Below are positions 1 to 14,242 of a DNA stretch of 64,000 bases, piece by piece. The notes beneath the pieces are model-generated. The model had not been told where the DNA came from. It did no database searches and saw only the letters and a program-made list of their open reading frames with translations. Location: NCBI GenBank assembly GCA_951406725.2, contig OX597826.1:5146001-5210000 (forward strand). Direction: 5' to 3'. Numbering within the stretch: the stretch's first letter is position 1; each line of letters begins with the position of its first letter. Both the position numbers and the translations under genes were made by a program. This DNA is from Octopus vulgaris (taxonomy: Eukaryota).

Positions 1-109
1 TTTTTGTAAAAGACTTTTCTTCTCCGAGATTACATATAACTTCAAAAACTTTATGCCGTCTGCGAATTATTCTGCCTTTTAAAATGAAATGAAACATAAT
101 ACGAATACA

Positions 110-440
110 TACATACACATATATACACACAACCATACATACATATATATATATATGATGTATATATATAATATGAATATATGTATAATGTATATATAAT
201 ATGAATATATAGATAATATTAATATATATATATACGTGTATATATATAAATATATCACATGTATATATATATGTATGCATATATGTATATATATCTATAT
301 CTATATCTATCTATATATATATATGTGTGTGTGTGTGTATATATGTGTATATATATACATAATATGTACACATATATATATATATATTTATATACACACA
401 CACAAACGTACTTGCATATACACGCGCAAATTCACAGACA
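110..440. repeat. Compound (TA)n/(TG)n/(CA)n microsatellite field
   Basis: Directly visible dinucleotide arrays, plus a ~30-bp tandem 'atgtatatatataatatgaatatat' at ~157-212. Confidence 0.95.
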
Positions 441-881
441 CATATAAACACGTATATACTCGCAAATATATTTTTTAGCGTATGTTTTCGACTTTACTTT
501 TATGAATTTTAATATATTGTCGCTTCGTTTTTTCCTGTTTTTTTAAAATTCTTTATTTCGTTTATTTTTTCCTCGTATTTTCTTCATCTTTCCATCTCTC
601 CCTAAGTATTTTCCAATTTTTGCTGCCCGATATTAAGTGAAATCAGAAAAAAAAAATTCTATTACGTTTTTCCTGAATATAAATTGAAGGAAGCAGAAGC
701 AAAATACATTTATATATAAACACATTTGACACAATTTTATATGCGTGTATATATATATATATATATATACAAATATATATTTTTATATATATACTTCTTT
801 ATATATATATATATATACATATATATTTATATATGGATATTCATATATATTTATATACATATATGCATATATATTTATATA

Positions 882-920
<39 letters not shown>

Positions 921-1370
921 GTATAAATTTTTGTTCAGTAAATATTATTTGAAACCAAAGTAGTGTAGACTTTCAAAGTTATATACATAGATTTAAGTAT
1001 TTTCGCAAGAAATGACAAGAAAAACGGAAGACAAAAAAAAAAACTAAAAAGAAGAAAAGAGCAAACGAAAGATTAAGAAAAAGAAACTGAAAAATGAAAT
1101 TGTCAAATTTATTTTTAAATAGATAGCAATGAAGTAGCGGCTTTAACAATAACAGCAATATTAGTGATAATAGAAAAAGCAATAATAGAAATGATGTTGC
1201 TGCTGCTGCTGATGTTATTATACAAATCTTGTATATAGAAGCGAGTGTATGAAAATGTATATAGTGTGAGTATTTAATACGTTTAATTCAATAAGTTTAA
1301 TCACATATCACGTGTGTGAGTAGACCTGCGTGTATGTGTGTAGTGTATATATATATGTGTAGTGAGTATG

Positions 1371-1406
<36 letters not shown>

Positions 1407-1504
1407 GGTACGTCATTAATGATATTGCAATGCAACACGTTTTAGAATTTCTGTTATCTATTTACATATATGTACGGTACAGATATATGCAGAAACATTG
1501 TGTG

Positions 1505-2340
<836 letters not shown>

Positions 2341-2964
2341 CCAGACAGACGGACAGGTATTTACATATCCAAACGCGAGAATTTTTACATAGACTCGGAC
2401 AGATCCAATATTTGTTGGATTAGCGGCTCATTCACATATAACATTCAAATATAGAGGACAGCTGTGCCTTGAAACAGGCAAGTAAGAATCAAAGAGATCA
2501 TATAACTCTACCATATAACTTCATTTATCTAAATTAGTTTATGGTTTAACAATAGTGTCGAAATAATGCACGAACCAACAGACTTACAATAGCCATGGAC
2601 TGTAATTAAAATGTCATGAAAATCCTAGCTGATAATTTCTCAATTAAAGGAATAAAAGTTTAGAAGCTCTGGCCGACACAAAACATAAAACTGTCAGCAA
2701 CCCTCACCCTATCCTATCCATACTTATGTTAAATAACTGGTGGATCACATACTCTGATGTGATCTATGTATGCATTAATAACATTATACTGAAGCAGCGG
2801 CCATTAATGTTAAATCTTATTTGCGTTATTTTTATACCTATGTGATAATGAGGGCCAACACCAGAGTCAGATCTACAGTTTCAATTGGATTTATTACTTG
2901 TATATCTAAAGTATCCTACCAATACTTGTCTCCAATGATGTTTACCTCACTGTAAGCTCTATGC

Positions 2965-3414
2965 TATTGCAGCTAGCCATCTCTGGCGTCCTTCGCGCTA
3001 AGCTAGCCATCTCTGGCGTCCTTCGCATTATTGTGCTGTGTCACTTCTCTTGGTTGTTGGTCACCCAGAACGTACGTCAATATAGATATTTTTTCGGCCA
3101 TCTCGAGAACGTCCGAACCACTCGTACACTCGTTTGCGGCTCATACGCCCATCTCCACGCACTTTCTGCAACTTTGCATAGGCCTCTGAGCAGGTAACGC
3201 CATGACAATTTTCTCTGTTATGGTCAATGCGACGATCACACTCTACACACCTTCATTCCAAGCCCTTGCTGAAAAAAGTAGATGTGTGTGCTTGAACGTT
3301 TAAACTTAGTGTGCGTGCACAGCGGAGTTCATGGTCAATCGGTGCCAAGCGGTTTCCCTCTGCGTACTTTAGCTTCTTTACAATGGCACCATGCCGGATA
3401 CTTATTGATCAGAC

Positions 3415-3419
<5 letters not shown>
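2965..3419 (-). mobile_element. Mariner transposon 5' remnant (TIR plus N-terminal HTH of transposase)
   Basis: Minus-strand translation TCSEAYAKLQKVRGDGRMSRKRVYEWFGRSRDGRKNIYIDVRSG*P matches the mariner HTH (MSR..V.EWF.RF.DGR....D.RSGRP); terminal 'tatgaggtctgatcaataagtatccgg' abuts a TA array. Confidence 0.85.
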
Positions 3420-3464
<45 letters not shown>

Positions 3465-3467
<3 letters not shown>

Positions 3468-3632
3468 AAAGTTTGCGAAAAAAACAACAAAAGACGAAGA
3501 CAGGTGGTGTACAAAACAAACAGATGTATTAGTATAACGCTCAGGAATAGAAAAAGTATTTTACGTTACGAGTCTACGCTCTTCTACAGAAAGAGACACA
3601 GAAAACAAGGAGAAAAAATGTGTGTAGTGGCT
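3465..3632 (-). mobile_element. Family H1 hammerhead-like element, degenerate
   Basis: Minus strand ttt-CTGTAGA-a-gagc-gtag-actc-GTAA-cg-TA-aaa followed by the family motif 'ttcctgagcgt..ctaata'. Confidence 0.55.
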
Positions 3633-4281
3633 AATGTGTGTGTGTGTGTGTGTATTTGTGTATGTGTATGTGTGCTTGTATGTAGGCGTGTATATTTGAA
3701 TGAGATATTTAGATAACACTCAATAATAACCACTTCAGTTACTTTTCAAGAACTTCATTTTTTTTTTATTCTGCTCTAAGTACAATATTGTGTTTTTATA
3801 ACATACTCTAATTCTCACTTTTAATAATTCATTGTTGACAAACTCTATTTGACAATATATAATCGGAATTGGGGAAGATACGTATGTTCAATTTACTTCG
3901 AAGCCAAATGAGATGAATCTTGGCTTCAGTCAAAATAATGTTTCAGACGTTGTAAACTATTCACGTTTTGAAGCGTGAGGCGATTTGTGATGTTTGTTTA
4001 TTTTTCTATTTCAATTTTGCAGGTGTTTTTTTCCCTCTTGGATATTATTAGATGAATGCAACTCGACTATAAACAATATTCATTCGTAATGTTCGTTAAT
4101 ATAATTGAATGTAATTTGAGGAACAGAATAAAGTGTGGAATCATACTGAATCGCTAAGAAATAACGTATAGAAAGGAATTTAGGTTGAACGAAAGGAAAT
4201 ATACATTCCAATCAGTAACACCTTTAGATCTTGTCAGTAGTTGATTTATATATATATTTATGTACCTATTATTGTGTTTTG

Positions 4282-4604
4282 AAGTGGTTAGAGCGTCGAG
4301 CTTACGATCGTGCAGTCGTGAGTTTGAATCCTGGACCGGGCTGCGTGTTGTGTTCTTGAGCAAGTCTCTTTATTTCACGTTGCTCCAGTTTACTCAGCTG
4401 TAGAAATAAGTTGCGATGTCACAGGCAGCTAAGCTGTATCGGCTCCTTTGCCTTTCACTTGGATAACATCGGTGGCGCGGAGAGGGGAGGCTGGTATGCA
4501 TGGGTGACTGCTGGCCTTCCATAAACAACCTTGGCCCGACTTGTGCCTGGGAGGGTAACTTTCTAGGTGCAATCACATGGTCAATCATGACCGAAGGATT
4601 TCTC
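4282..4604 (+). mobile_element. tRNA-derived SINE (family C)
   Basis: A-box-like 'agtggttagagcg' and B-box-like 'gagtttgaatcc', followed by 'tgttgtgttcttgagcaag' core and a GC-rich tail. Confidence 0.75.
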
Positions 4605-5581
4605 GGCATTATTGCGGACGTTTATTGGATTATATATTTATATGAACATTTTACAAAGTATATATACTTTATTTGCACATCTATGTATTTATATGTAGAT
4701 ATGTACATTTTGTGTGGGTGTTTATTCATTTAATTTTTCTTATCGTGTCAGGTTTGTTTCTACCTTTGTTTCGTTTTAATCTCAATCAGTAACTGTTACC
4801 TGATCTCTATTTTATTCTACCGACAATATGAGTAATACGACAATTTCAAATCAATTAATTGTGTATCAGAATAAAATAGTTATACGAATAATGACACTTA
4901 ATGCCATTGCGGAGCACACTTAAATCATGAGCTACATGTGAAATTTACTGTTATCATGTTTCGAATTCAAATATATTCAGAACGGAAATATCCCTATACA
5001 AATCCCTTTTTTTTTTTTTTAGGACACTGTCAAACATTGTCAATACTTACAAAAGATATGCGAAATACTCAACGACTTAACAGCAAATATGTTCAATATG
5101 ATACTATTTAGAGATGCAAATATCTTTGGCTAAATAGATCTTCGATGTTGCAAACGTGTGCAAGGAATTCCCAACAAATCGTCTTAAAACATACAAAAAC
5201 GCTTCAGTCAAACCATTTTTGTTTCTTTTTCAAAGATTTCTAGGATGTATTAATCTTCTAAATAACCTGAAAATCTAAAGCTATGCTCTACTCATAAGAA
5301 AAGAAAATAGTCTGCAGATACCAAAATCTGGTTCATTTATCAGCAGGTTCATGGAATTGTTTATTGCATAGTAAGTAGCACTTGTTTATAATTGAATGAT
5401 TTTGCCAAGCAGTTTCCTACACGGTTCGTAACCTAAAGTTTAAGATAAATGCGTAGGACATGGAGGATAGATGAGGCTTGTGATAGGCTAGGAAAATTTT
5501 ATGTGTCGTCAGTACAAGTCGGGCTTTAACCGTATGAGTGGTCAATCAAACCTAACATGCAACTATTGAACTAAAATATGT

Positions 5582-5893
5582 GGAGGCACATGGCCTAGTG
5601 GTTAGAGCAGCGGACTCGCGGTCGAGAGATCGCAGGTTCAAATCTCAGACCGGGCGATGTGTGTGTTTATGAGCGAAAACACCTAAGCTCCACGCGGCTC
5701 CGGCAGAAGGTAATGGTGGACTTCTGCTGACTCTTTCGCCACAACTTTCTCTCACTCTTTTCTCCTGCATCTTGCAGCTCACCTGCGACGGACCGGCGTC
5801 CCGTCCAGGTGGGGAACCTATACGCCAAGGAAACCGGGAAAACCGGCCCTTACGAGCCAGGCAAGGCTCGAGAAGGAACAAACAGCAACTACA
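5582..5893 (+). mobile_element. tRNA-derived SINE (family D)
   Basis: 'tggcctagtggttagagc' A box, 'ggttcaaatctc' B box, (AAC)-like tail; head shared with 12148-12424. Confidence 0.8.
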
Positions 5894-6877
5894 ATATCTG
5901 TATCTCCCCCATATTCTCCAATAGTGGCCTCAGTTTATTGCACCAAATTCATTACGCAGCAACTAGTGCATCAGCAACAACAAAATCATCTGCAAAAAGA
6001 ACAACAAATTTGCGGAATGAAGTCACTGAGTTAGTTTGTAATTTTAGGATAAAACATTTTTGAATTTTTAGAAAGGGCGTTGATAGAGATTTTAGCTGCT
6101 GAATACATCTCGCTGTAATATTTAGAATTTGCATCACTGACCAAGGGGGGGAAAGGTAGATATTTTGAGAAGTATTTGTTTTCATTTGTACTAGGCTGAG
6201 GTTTAGGATTTATATTACATATAATTCAAGGATAAATGGATGAAATATTCACTGAAGGATATACTTTGCACAGTAGACCTACTAGTGTAAATGAAGTTAA
6301 TTATAGTCACTTCTATTGACTTGGTAATATAGAGCTTGGAAGAGCAGCAGTTGAGCCGGATGATAAAAAAGGAGAAGTGAAGAATATTTTCGGCGTCAAT
6401 AATTCAGGATGCAGATGGTGTTTAACGACAGCAACTTTCGTAGAAGAGAAATTGGATGAGAGAAGAGAAAGAAGAAAAGCAGGCGGATGAGAAATTTAGA
6501 GCAAGAGAGATAAAGATAATTGCACACGACTTGGAAATCTCGTTATATTCTCTGTTGTTCGGCCATTGAATGCGATGAGCTAAAATAACTGAACACTTTA
6601 GAGATTCATATACAATGTTATGGCAGTATTTCTGCGACCCTCAGCACCTTTTTCAAATTCTGCTTTTCTTTCTTTCGCGATCGAAAATTAAAGTACGACT
6701 TAATGCGAGTAAATTGGAAAAATCTATATAGCGTCGGACGAGCTATTGTGGGTAAATCTTCTGCCTATGTGCATCCTGAATTCAATTACACACTTCTAAA
6801 TTCACACTAGACTTCTATTCACCTCGAAATCGCCAGCCTTGCACCAAAATTCGAAACGGATATTTCTTGTATTCTTT

Positions 6878-7098
6878 GAGGCAGCGAGCTGGCAGAATCG
6901 TCAACAGGCCAGACAAATTGTTTAGCGGCATTTCGTACGTCTTTGCGTTCTGACTTCAAATTCCGCTGAAGTCCACTTTGTCTTTCACCCTTTTAGGGTC
7001 AATGAAATATGTTGCATTTAAGTACTATGTTCGATATAATCGGCTTACCCTCCCACCCCAAAATTTCAGGCCTTGTGCCAAAATTTGAAATCAGTATT
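6878..7098 (+). mobile_element. tRNA-derived SINE family A (left arm of an inverted duplication)
   Basis: ggcagcgagctggcagaatcg...ttcaaattccgc...aaaatttcaggccttgtgccaaaatttgaaa, as in >10 copies in the window. Confidence 0.9.
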
Positions 7099-7200
7099 AA
7101 ACACAAACTTCAAAGGTGCCCAAATCCTTAAGCAAGTGCTCATGTTTTTAGCATCTTGCTGTCAATGTCAGTGCATCAGGTTGCAGCAAAATTTGTAGGA

Positions 7201-7423
7201 AATACTGATTTCAAATTATGGCACAAGGCCTGAAATTTTGGGGTAGGAGGGTAAGCCAATTACATCGAACATAGTACTTAAATGCAACGTATTTCATCGA
7301 CCCTAAAAGGATAAAAAGACAAAGTGGACTTCAGCAGAATTTGAACTCAGAACGCAAAGACGTACGAAATGCCGCTTAGCAATTTGTCTGACCTGTTGAC
7401 GATTGTGCCAGCTCGCTACCTCA
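7201..7423 (-). mobile_element. SINE family A (right arm of the inverted duplication)
   Basis: Reverse complement of 6878-7098 with shared private substitutions. Confidence 0.9.
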
Positions 7424-7439
7424 AAGAATACAACAAATA

Positions 7440-7626
7440 TCCGTTTCGAATTTTGGTGCAAGGCCGGCGATTTCAGGGTGAATAGAAGTGGATTACATCG
7501 ATCACAGTGGTACTTATTTTATCGACCCCGAAATGAAGAAAAGCAAAGTCGATCTTGGTGTGATTTGAACTCAGAACGTAAAGCATTATACTCAGCGTGC
7601 TAACGATTCTACCAGCTCGCCACGTT
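7440..7626 (-). mobile_element. SINE family A, diverged
   Basis: 'tttatcgacccc...gcaaagtcga...atttgaactcagaacgtaaag...taacgattctaccagctcgcc'. Confidence 0.8.
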
Positions 7627-8176
7627 AAAGAATGCAAGAAATAATCCAAATTCTCGGGAACACTCTCTCTCTCCTTCCTCTTTCTATCAACACCCAGTAT
7701 ATTTCTCTATTTTCATTTGCACAGGCTGTCGTCACAACTACCAATTAACGACTGGATCACTAAAGTCTTAAATTTGTAGTTGCATACTTTTCTTTTGTAA
7801 AATACAAATTTTATATATTCAAAATGATTTTCTTAGATATCTATCATTTATTTCTTAGACAATAGAACTGAAGACAATTCGTTTCATTTGCTCGTGTATA
7901 CTTCTTTGTAAAGTATTTCTACCGATGGCTATTGTTTCCTCTCTGTTGTAATTTTTAAGCATTTAGCTTATTAAAAAAAACCAATATCGTTAAATCATAA
8001 TTTTGTTGAAATAAAAAGAGGCAAGGACAATATTCTAAACGAGGTTATAATGTTAAAATGTAATAATGTTCTTAGTCTATTCAATTTACCCTTGAATGTA
8101 TATATTGAAAGGAAAGACAACATGATTCTACGTATATACGTATGTATGTATACACGGTGCGTACTTGTGAATATAC

Positions 8177-8216
<40 letters not shown>

Positions 8217-8470
8217 CTGTACGTATATGTGTCGTGTTGTTTGAGTGTGTGTGTGTGTGTCTGTATGTACGTATATGTGTCGTGTGTGCTAGGCTGGAGG
8301 GCATTGAGTAAAGATCTGTAATTTCGATATTCTGATTAATTTAACACTATTGGTAATTTGTGTGTGTATATGTGTATGTGTATGTATGTATATATGTATG
8401 TATGTATGTATGTATTTATGTATGTATGTAAGTATGTAAGAAATATATATATATATATACATATATATAA

Positions 8471-8634
8471 AGGCGCAGGCGTGGCTGTGTAGTAAGGATC
8501 TTACTTCCCAACCAACGGTTCGGGGTTCAGTTCCACGCCGTGGACCTTTGGTCCAGTGTCTTCTAATATAGCCTTGGGTCATCCAAACTCTAATGTGTGG
8601 GTCTGGCAAACGGAAACTGTAAAAGGTCTGTCGT
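8471..8634 (+). mobile_element. SINE family B, 5' half, running into a (TA)n/(TATG)n array
   Basis: ggcgcaggcgtggctgtgt..cttcccaacca..ggttcag..ggcaaacggaaactg..tcgt. Confidence 0.8.
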
Positions 8635-8638
8635 TTAT

Positions 8639-8723
<85 letters not shown>

Positions 8724-8802
8724 TGTATGTATGTATGTATGTATGTATGTATGTATGTATGTATGTATGTATGCATGTATGCATGTATGTATGTATGTAT
8801 GT

Positions 8803-8980
8803 ATATCAAGTAGTGATGCAGTAGGACAGTTTGAAGCGGATCCATTTAATTGAACAATTCAATCATTACATTAATTTAAATGTAGTGTCATCTTTAGCTG
8901 CATTTAAATTGATGTACTGTTTGCATATTTCAATTAAATGGAGTCGCTTGAAACGGTCGTACTGCATCACTACATGATAT
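8803..8980. repeat. 178-bp imperfect palindrome (83-bp arms, 12-nt loop); MITE-like or structured RNA
   Basis: 8803-8885 is the reverse complement of 8898-8980, with 13 mismatches and no gaps by manual alignment. Confidence 0.85.
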
Positions 8981-9974
8981 CCTGTTGTTGATATATATGA
9001 ACAGACAACATATTTGGAGACGATTCTGTGAAGAACATTTTACCTGGTCATTAACAAGCTAAAATCTACGTTTCGCAGATAACAGCCTAACGTCCGAGAG
9101 AAAGAAAGGGACAGATTTAATAGTGTAGTTCTAGATAACTTTTCTTGAAGACAAAATGCGGTGATAAGGCCTACCAGGCAGGGATGATATGTTGATAAAT
9201 CAAATCAGTCCAATACACATTTATCATGGTGATATTGATAACACAATGGCTTGTATCTAGTTGATTAAGATCTGTTTTGACTTCAATACAAATCAGTATA
9301 CATTTTGCATGATAATACTTGTAATACAATGGCGTTAATTTAATTGATTACATAGTTTCGCTATCATATATGATGGCATAGATCGTAGTTAGGGGAAATT
9401 ATTGTTCATTCCGTTGTGAGTACTTTAGAAGGATGTAAGTGTTAACCAATCTATGTTTAGGAGAGAGTGTTGTTCCCGCCTGGTGCTACCTTACATTTCA
9501 TTGCTTCCATAAAACCTACCTCTTGCACCTACCTTACATTGCAAATGCTCTTTAGATATATAGGAATCGCATACAGTAGTTTTCCATCACTCTTCCTCTG
9601 CTAATTTATAGCATTGTGACTAGTTAAAGTAAATCAATATCTATATCATACTAATAAAATAACAAATGCTCTGCCAAAACAACAACAACAACATCAGGAA
9701 CAGCAATACAAACGAAAAAGAGACAAACATCAATATTAACAACAAGAAGAAAATAGTGTCGACAACAAGAACAACAATGACAGCAAACATTAACGTTTTC
9801 AAAGCAACACACTCGCATTAACCGGTAAACGCAAATCACCAAAGCAGCCCGTCACAATGGACCAACCCAAATATAAATATATCACCAGCATTAAAAACAA
9901 TCATAAACTTTATGGCCTGATAGAAACGTCCATAGAATATTTCTTTCTCTCTCGCCCTCTCTCGCCCTCTCTCG

Positions 9975-10036
<62 letters not shown>

Positions 10037-10060
10037 CTCACCATCTCATTGAGCTTTCCG

Positions 10061-10101
<41 letters not shown>

Positions 10102-11174
10102 TAGATAGATAGATAGATATTTCGTTCTCTTTTCATTCCTATCTTGATGTCTATTGTTTCTCCATCTCTATCTCATTTTGTATTGGTAGCTTTATTTCCT
10201 TCTTTCATTCTTTTCTTTCTCTTTTCTGATGTCTTGCTAAATAAATGCAACCCACCCACACGATATTCATTCGCCTATCGATTTATTTATTTGTTTATTT
10301 ATCTATTTATTTATTTATTTACTTATTTATTTTAGTAGAGAATCACGAAGATTGTGTTATTAAACGTGTGCGTGTTTGTGTGGGTGCAGGATAATTTATA
10401 TGCGCTTTCTGTGCTTGTGAACGCGTTTGTGTGTGTGTATGTATATGTAGTGTGTGTGTGTGTGTGTGTGTGTGTTTATGTGTGTTTTAAAAGGGGATAA
10501 CAATACAATAAATGCAGACGTCATCATTGTAAGGTAGGCTTTGGATCGATGGTAACCAGCTATATAATATCGTTAATGAAAGGGTGATGTGCTACAGTAG
10601 AAACGGCGGAATACCGGATTAATGTAATGTCATAACCATTAAATACTGTCCCTCCTTAGTTTTCGAGTTCAAATCACAACGGGCTTGATTGATACTGCAA
10701 TGCATCTCACAGAGATCGATAAAATAATTATCACGCTTGTACATGAGGCTACTCAATTTCAGCTTCGATTCCCCAACCCCACCAAAAGAACTAAAAAGAT
10801 GGAGAAACATCGTTTCGTTATACCAGCTTCTGAAATTAGACGAACATAGTCAATAACATGAAGTGGGTTGGTAGATAAGGAAAAACGCTTAACTTTATAC
10901 ATCATAACATTAACTTTATCTAATATTCAGCCAGATCGGTCTCATATGATCATTGCATCTCACTTAGTATGGTAAAAATATAAGCCTTGTGCTGATTCGA
11001 AGGATATCAGAATCTGTCCATTTACAAAGATATATTGTCAATTATCCAATACTTTCGAATAAAAGGTGAAGGGCTCTCAAAGAGGTTTCGATCCCCAGTT
11101 GAAGTAAATTTATTTCGCATTGACACTAATAGCTTGGAAGAATGCATGAGGTCTAAGAAATCTCAACCATTTGT

Positions 11175-11344
11175 CATCTCTTCTTTCTTTCTTTTTCCTT
11201 CCCCCTTTCTTTCTTTTTTTCTTTCTTTCCTTCCTTCCTTCTATCTTTCTTTCTGTTTCCTCCCTCCCTTTCTTTCTTTTCGACTTTCTTTCATTCATTT
11301 TTCTTTCTCTCTTTCATTCTTTCTCTCTTCCTTTCTTTCTCTCT

Positions 11345-11398
<54 letters not shown>

Positions 11399-11540
11399 TT
11401 CCTTTCTCTCTTTCTTTCTTTCTTTCTTTCATTCATTAAAAAAATTTCTTTCTTTGATTCTTTCTTTCTTTCATTCATTTTCTTTCTTTTCTTTCTTTCT
11501 TTCTTTCATTTTTCTTTCTGTCTTTCTTTCTTTCTTCCTT
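11175..11540. repeat. (TTTC)n polypyrimidine low-complexity tract
   Basis: Directly visible. Confidence 0.95.
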
Positions 11541-12119
11541 AGCAAATACATACATACACACACATATGTATGTATACCTGTCTATGTGTGTCTGTGTGCG
11601 TGCCTATCCCCCATGAGCCTCAGTTAGAATTTGATACTTTTGCCATCTAGAGTTCAGTATCGCAAAGCAGGTACTGACCTACTGCTTGAACGAAACAGCT
11701 CTACTACGGCACCCCAATTAGCAGCCAGGACTATCCCAATGCGGCTCACCAAACTGAATCAACATTCTACTGTTATATATATGAATTCTTAATGATTTAA
11801 TGGGTGATACATCTGATAGGAATGCATGTAAATGATGTATGAAGATTTTAATCATTATCATAAAATTTAACTGAGAACTAATAATAGTTTATATAACAAA
11901 ATAATTCTAAATTATACTGTTAGAATGCTTACAACGGTCTTATATTTTATGTTGTGCCACACTTATACAACAGGAATTCCATTTCAAAGACATAAATATC
12001 TACCATAGGAAATATATCAGTAATGAGGTGGATAAGACACCAATATCATACAATATGGTCACTTTTAACTTTTAAATACGCAAATATGATCTAGAAAAAA
12101 GAAAGTAAATACTATAAGC

Positions 12120-12147
<28 letters not shown>

Positions 12148-12153
<6 letters not shown>

Positions 12154-12424
12154 ATCACGTGACCGACCAGACCATCAGATGTTGCTACACATCGCTGGTC
12201 ACAATGCGTTTGCATTGTTTTAGCCTTCGAACGACGTCACCCCACTGGCTAAGCGAGCAGGCCAACAGAAGAAAGAGAGAAAGAGTGGTGAAAGAGTACA
12301 GCAGGGAGTTTCAACCCCTGCCGGAGCGTCGTGGAGCTTTTAGGTGTTTTCGCTCAATAAACACACACAACGCCTGGTCTGGAAATCGAAACCGTGAACT
12401 GCGAGTCCGCTGCCCTAACCACTG
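12148..12424 (-). mobile_element. tRNA-derived SINE with a family D head and a different 3' body
   Basis: Reverse complement 'cagtggttagggcagcggactcgcag...ccagaccaggcgttgtgtgtgtttattgagcgaaaacaccta' matches 5596-5690. Confidence 0.8.
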
Positions 12425-12435
12425 CTTATATATAT

Positions 12436-12741
<306 letters not shown>

Positions 12742-12754
12742 ATTTGCCTGTCTG

Positions 12755-12788
<34 letters not shown>

Positions 12789-13529
12789 CATCTAATTTTA
12801 CTGTTGATAAACAGAGTATGCGAGAGTACCGTTACTTAAGACCTGAATCATTTCATCAGATAAAGTACGTATACGTATAAAACAGGACGGGAGACATACA
12901 CTGAGGATCCCTAATTCTTCATCATCAGTTATCAACCAAATGGTAATACTCGGTTTCGCACCTTATATATATATAATATATATATATATAAATACATTAT
13001 ATATGCATACAAACATATATATATATTTACACATTATATACACATACAAGCACACACACATATGAGCGGCATAAATAATTATAAAATGTAGCTACTCGAA
13101 TAGTAAGGTAAATGAATAACAGCTTCATTTTATCAGTTAAGATCTAAGAGCAATGTACTTGGAGGTGTTACGTGTACTGTAGTATCAAAGAGATGATAAC
13201 TAGCATAGTACGTACATCGCATAGTATGGGAGGTAACTGCATTTCGCTATCACTTGACTGACATTACTATCTTAAGCCATAAATTCTCTTTTTGTTATTG
13301 GGTCAGTACTTATTTCACATTTCATGCAAGTCAGCTCATGAGAAACAAATCAGGAACATTTCTGAGAGTTTGGTCTGATTGAGACAAAATTCCCAGACGA
13401 GTTGCCAGTTTTCCTGACATCTAGAAGTACTGGAGTGTGAATAATTAAGACTGGCATTGAAATACACAACTACGCATATGTTGTCGATTTGAATTCAATA
13501 CATATCGGCCGGTAATATTATCCAATGTC

Positions 13530-13958
13530 AAAGCGGCGAGCTGGCAGGAACATTAGCACCTCGGGCAAAATGCCTAGCGGTATTTCGTCTGTCTTTACGT
13601 TCTGAGTTCACATTCCGCCGAGGTCGTCTTTGCCTTTTATCCTTAGGGATCGATTAAATAAGTACCAGTTACGCACTGGGGTCTATATAATCGACTTAAT
13701 CCGTTTGTCTGGCCTTGTTTTTCCCCTCCATGTTTAGCCCCTTGTGGACAATAAAGAAATTAGAAACGTTAGAACACCAGGTGAAATGTTTAGCGGCATT
13801 TCGTCTGTCTATACGTTCTGAGATCAAATTCCGCTGAGGTCGACTTTGCCTTTCATCCATTCAGGGGTTGATAGATTAAGTACCAGTTGCGTGATGGGGT
13901 CGATCTAATCGACTGACGCCCTCCCAAACTTTCGTGCCTTGTACCTAGAGTAGAAAAG
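13530..13958 (+). mobile_element. Dimeric SINE family A with 16-bp target-site duplication
   Basis: Two tandem family A units; aatattatccaatgtc (13514-13529) and aatatcatccaatgtc (13959-13974) flank the pair. Confidence 0.85.
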
Positions 13959-14242
13959 AATATCATCCAATGTCCATATTGCGATTTCGCATCTAGATTA
14001 AACATATTATCATATATAAAATAAAAGCGATGTCTTAGAAAATACTAAGGATTACCGAACAAATTATTTTACGGTATTACTTTACTTTATTTTCTCTTTG
14101 GTATATATTGGAATTCCATTTTGAAATTGTCTTTTTATTTACATTTATGTTTTTATTTTTTCTTTATCTTAATCTTTTCCCTTAGTGCGGTTAGTTTTTT
14201 TTTTACTTTATATTTTATTGATTCTTTATGTTTTATGTTTTA

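Noticed and set aside
2970-3026. 26-bp direct repeat with short spacing (also 28-bp at ~63290 and ~44-bp at ~49725)
   Set aside because: Simple two-copy tandem duplications; not a CRISPR array (eukaryotic context, no unique spacers, no cas genes).
5003-5135. Poly-T plus AG resembling a splice acceptor, followed by a short open frame
   Set aside because: All three frames stop within ~40 codons, there is no recognisable peptide and no clear donor.
5582-5655. tRNA-like sequence
   Set aside because: It continues into a SINE body and has no proper acceptor stem or terminator; it is a SINE head, not a tRNA gene. The same holds for the other A/B-box hits.
12800-12960. Two minus-strand CTGATGA motifs with a gttgataa/ttatcaac inverted pair
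   Set aside because: No correctly placed GAAA/helix III/UH could be built; at best a heavily decayed hammerhead.
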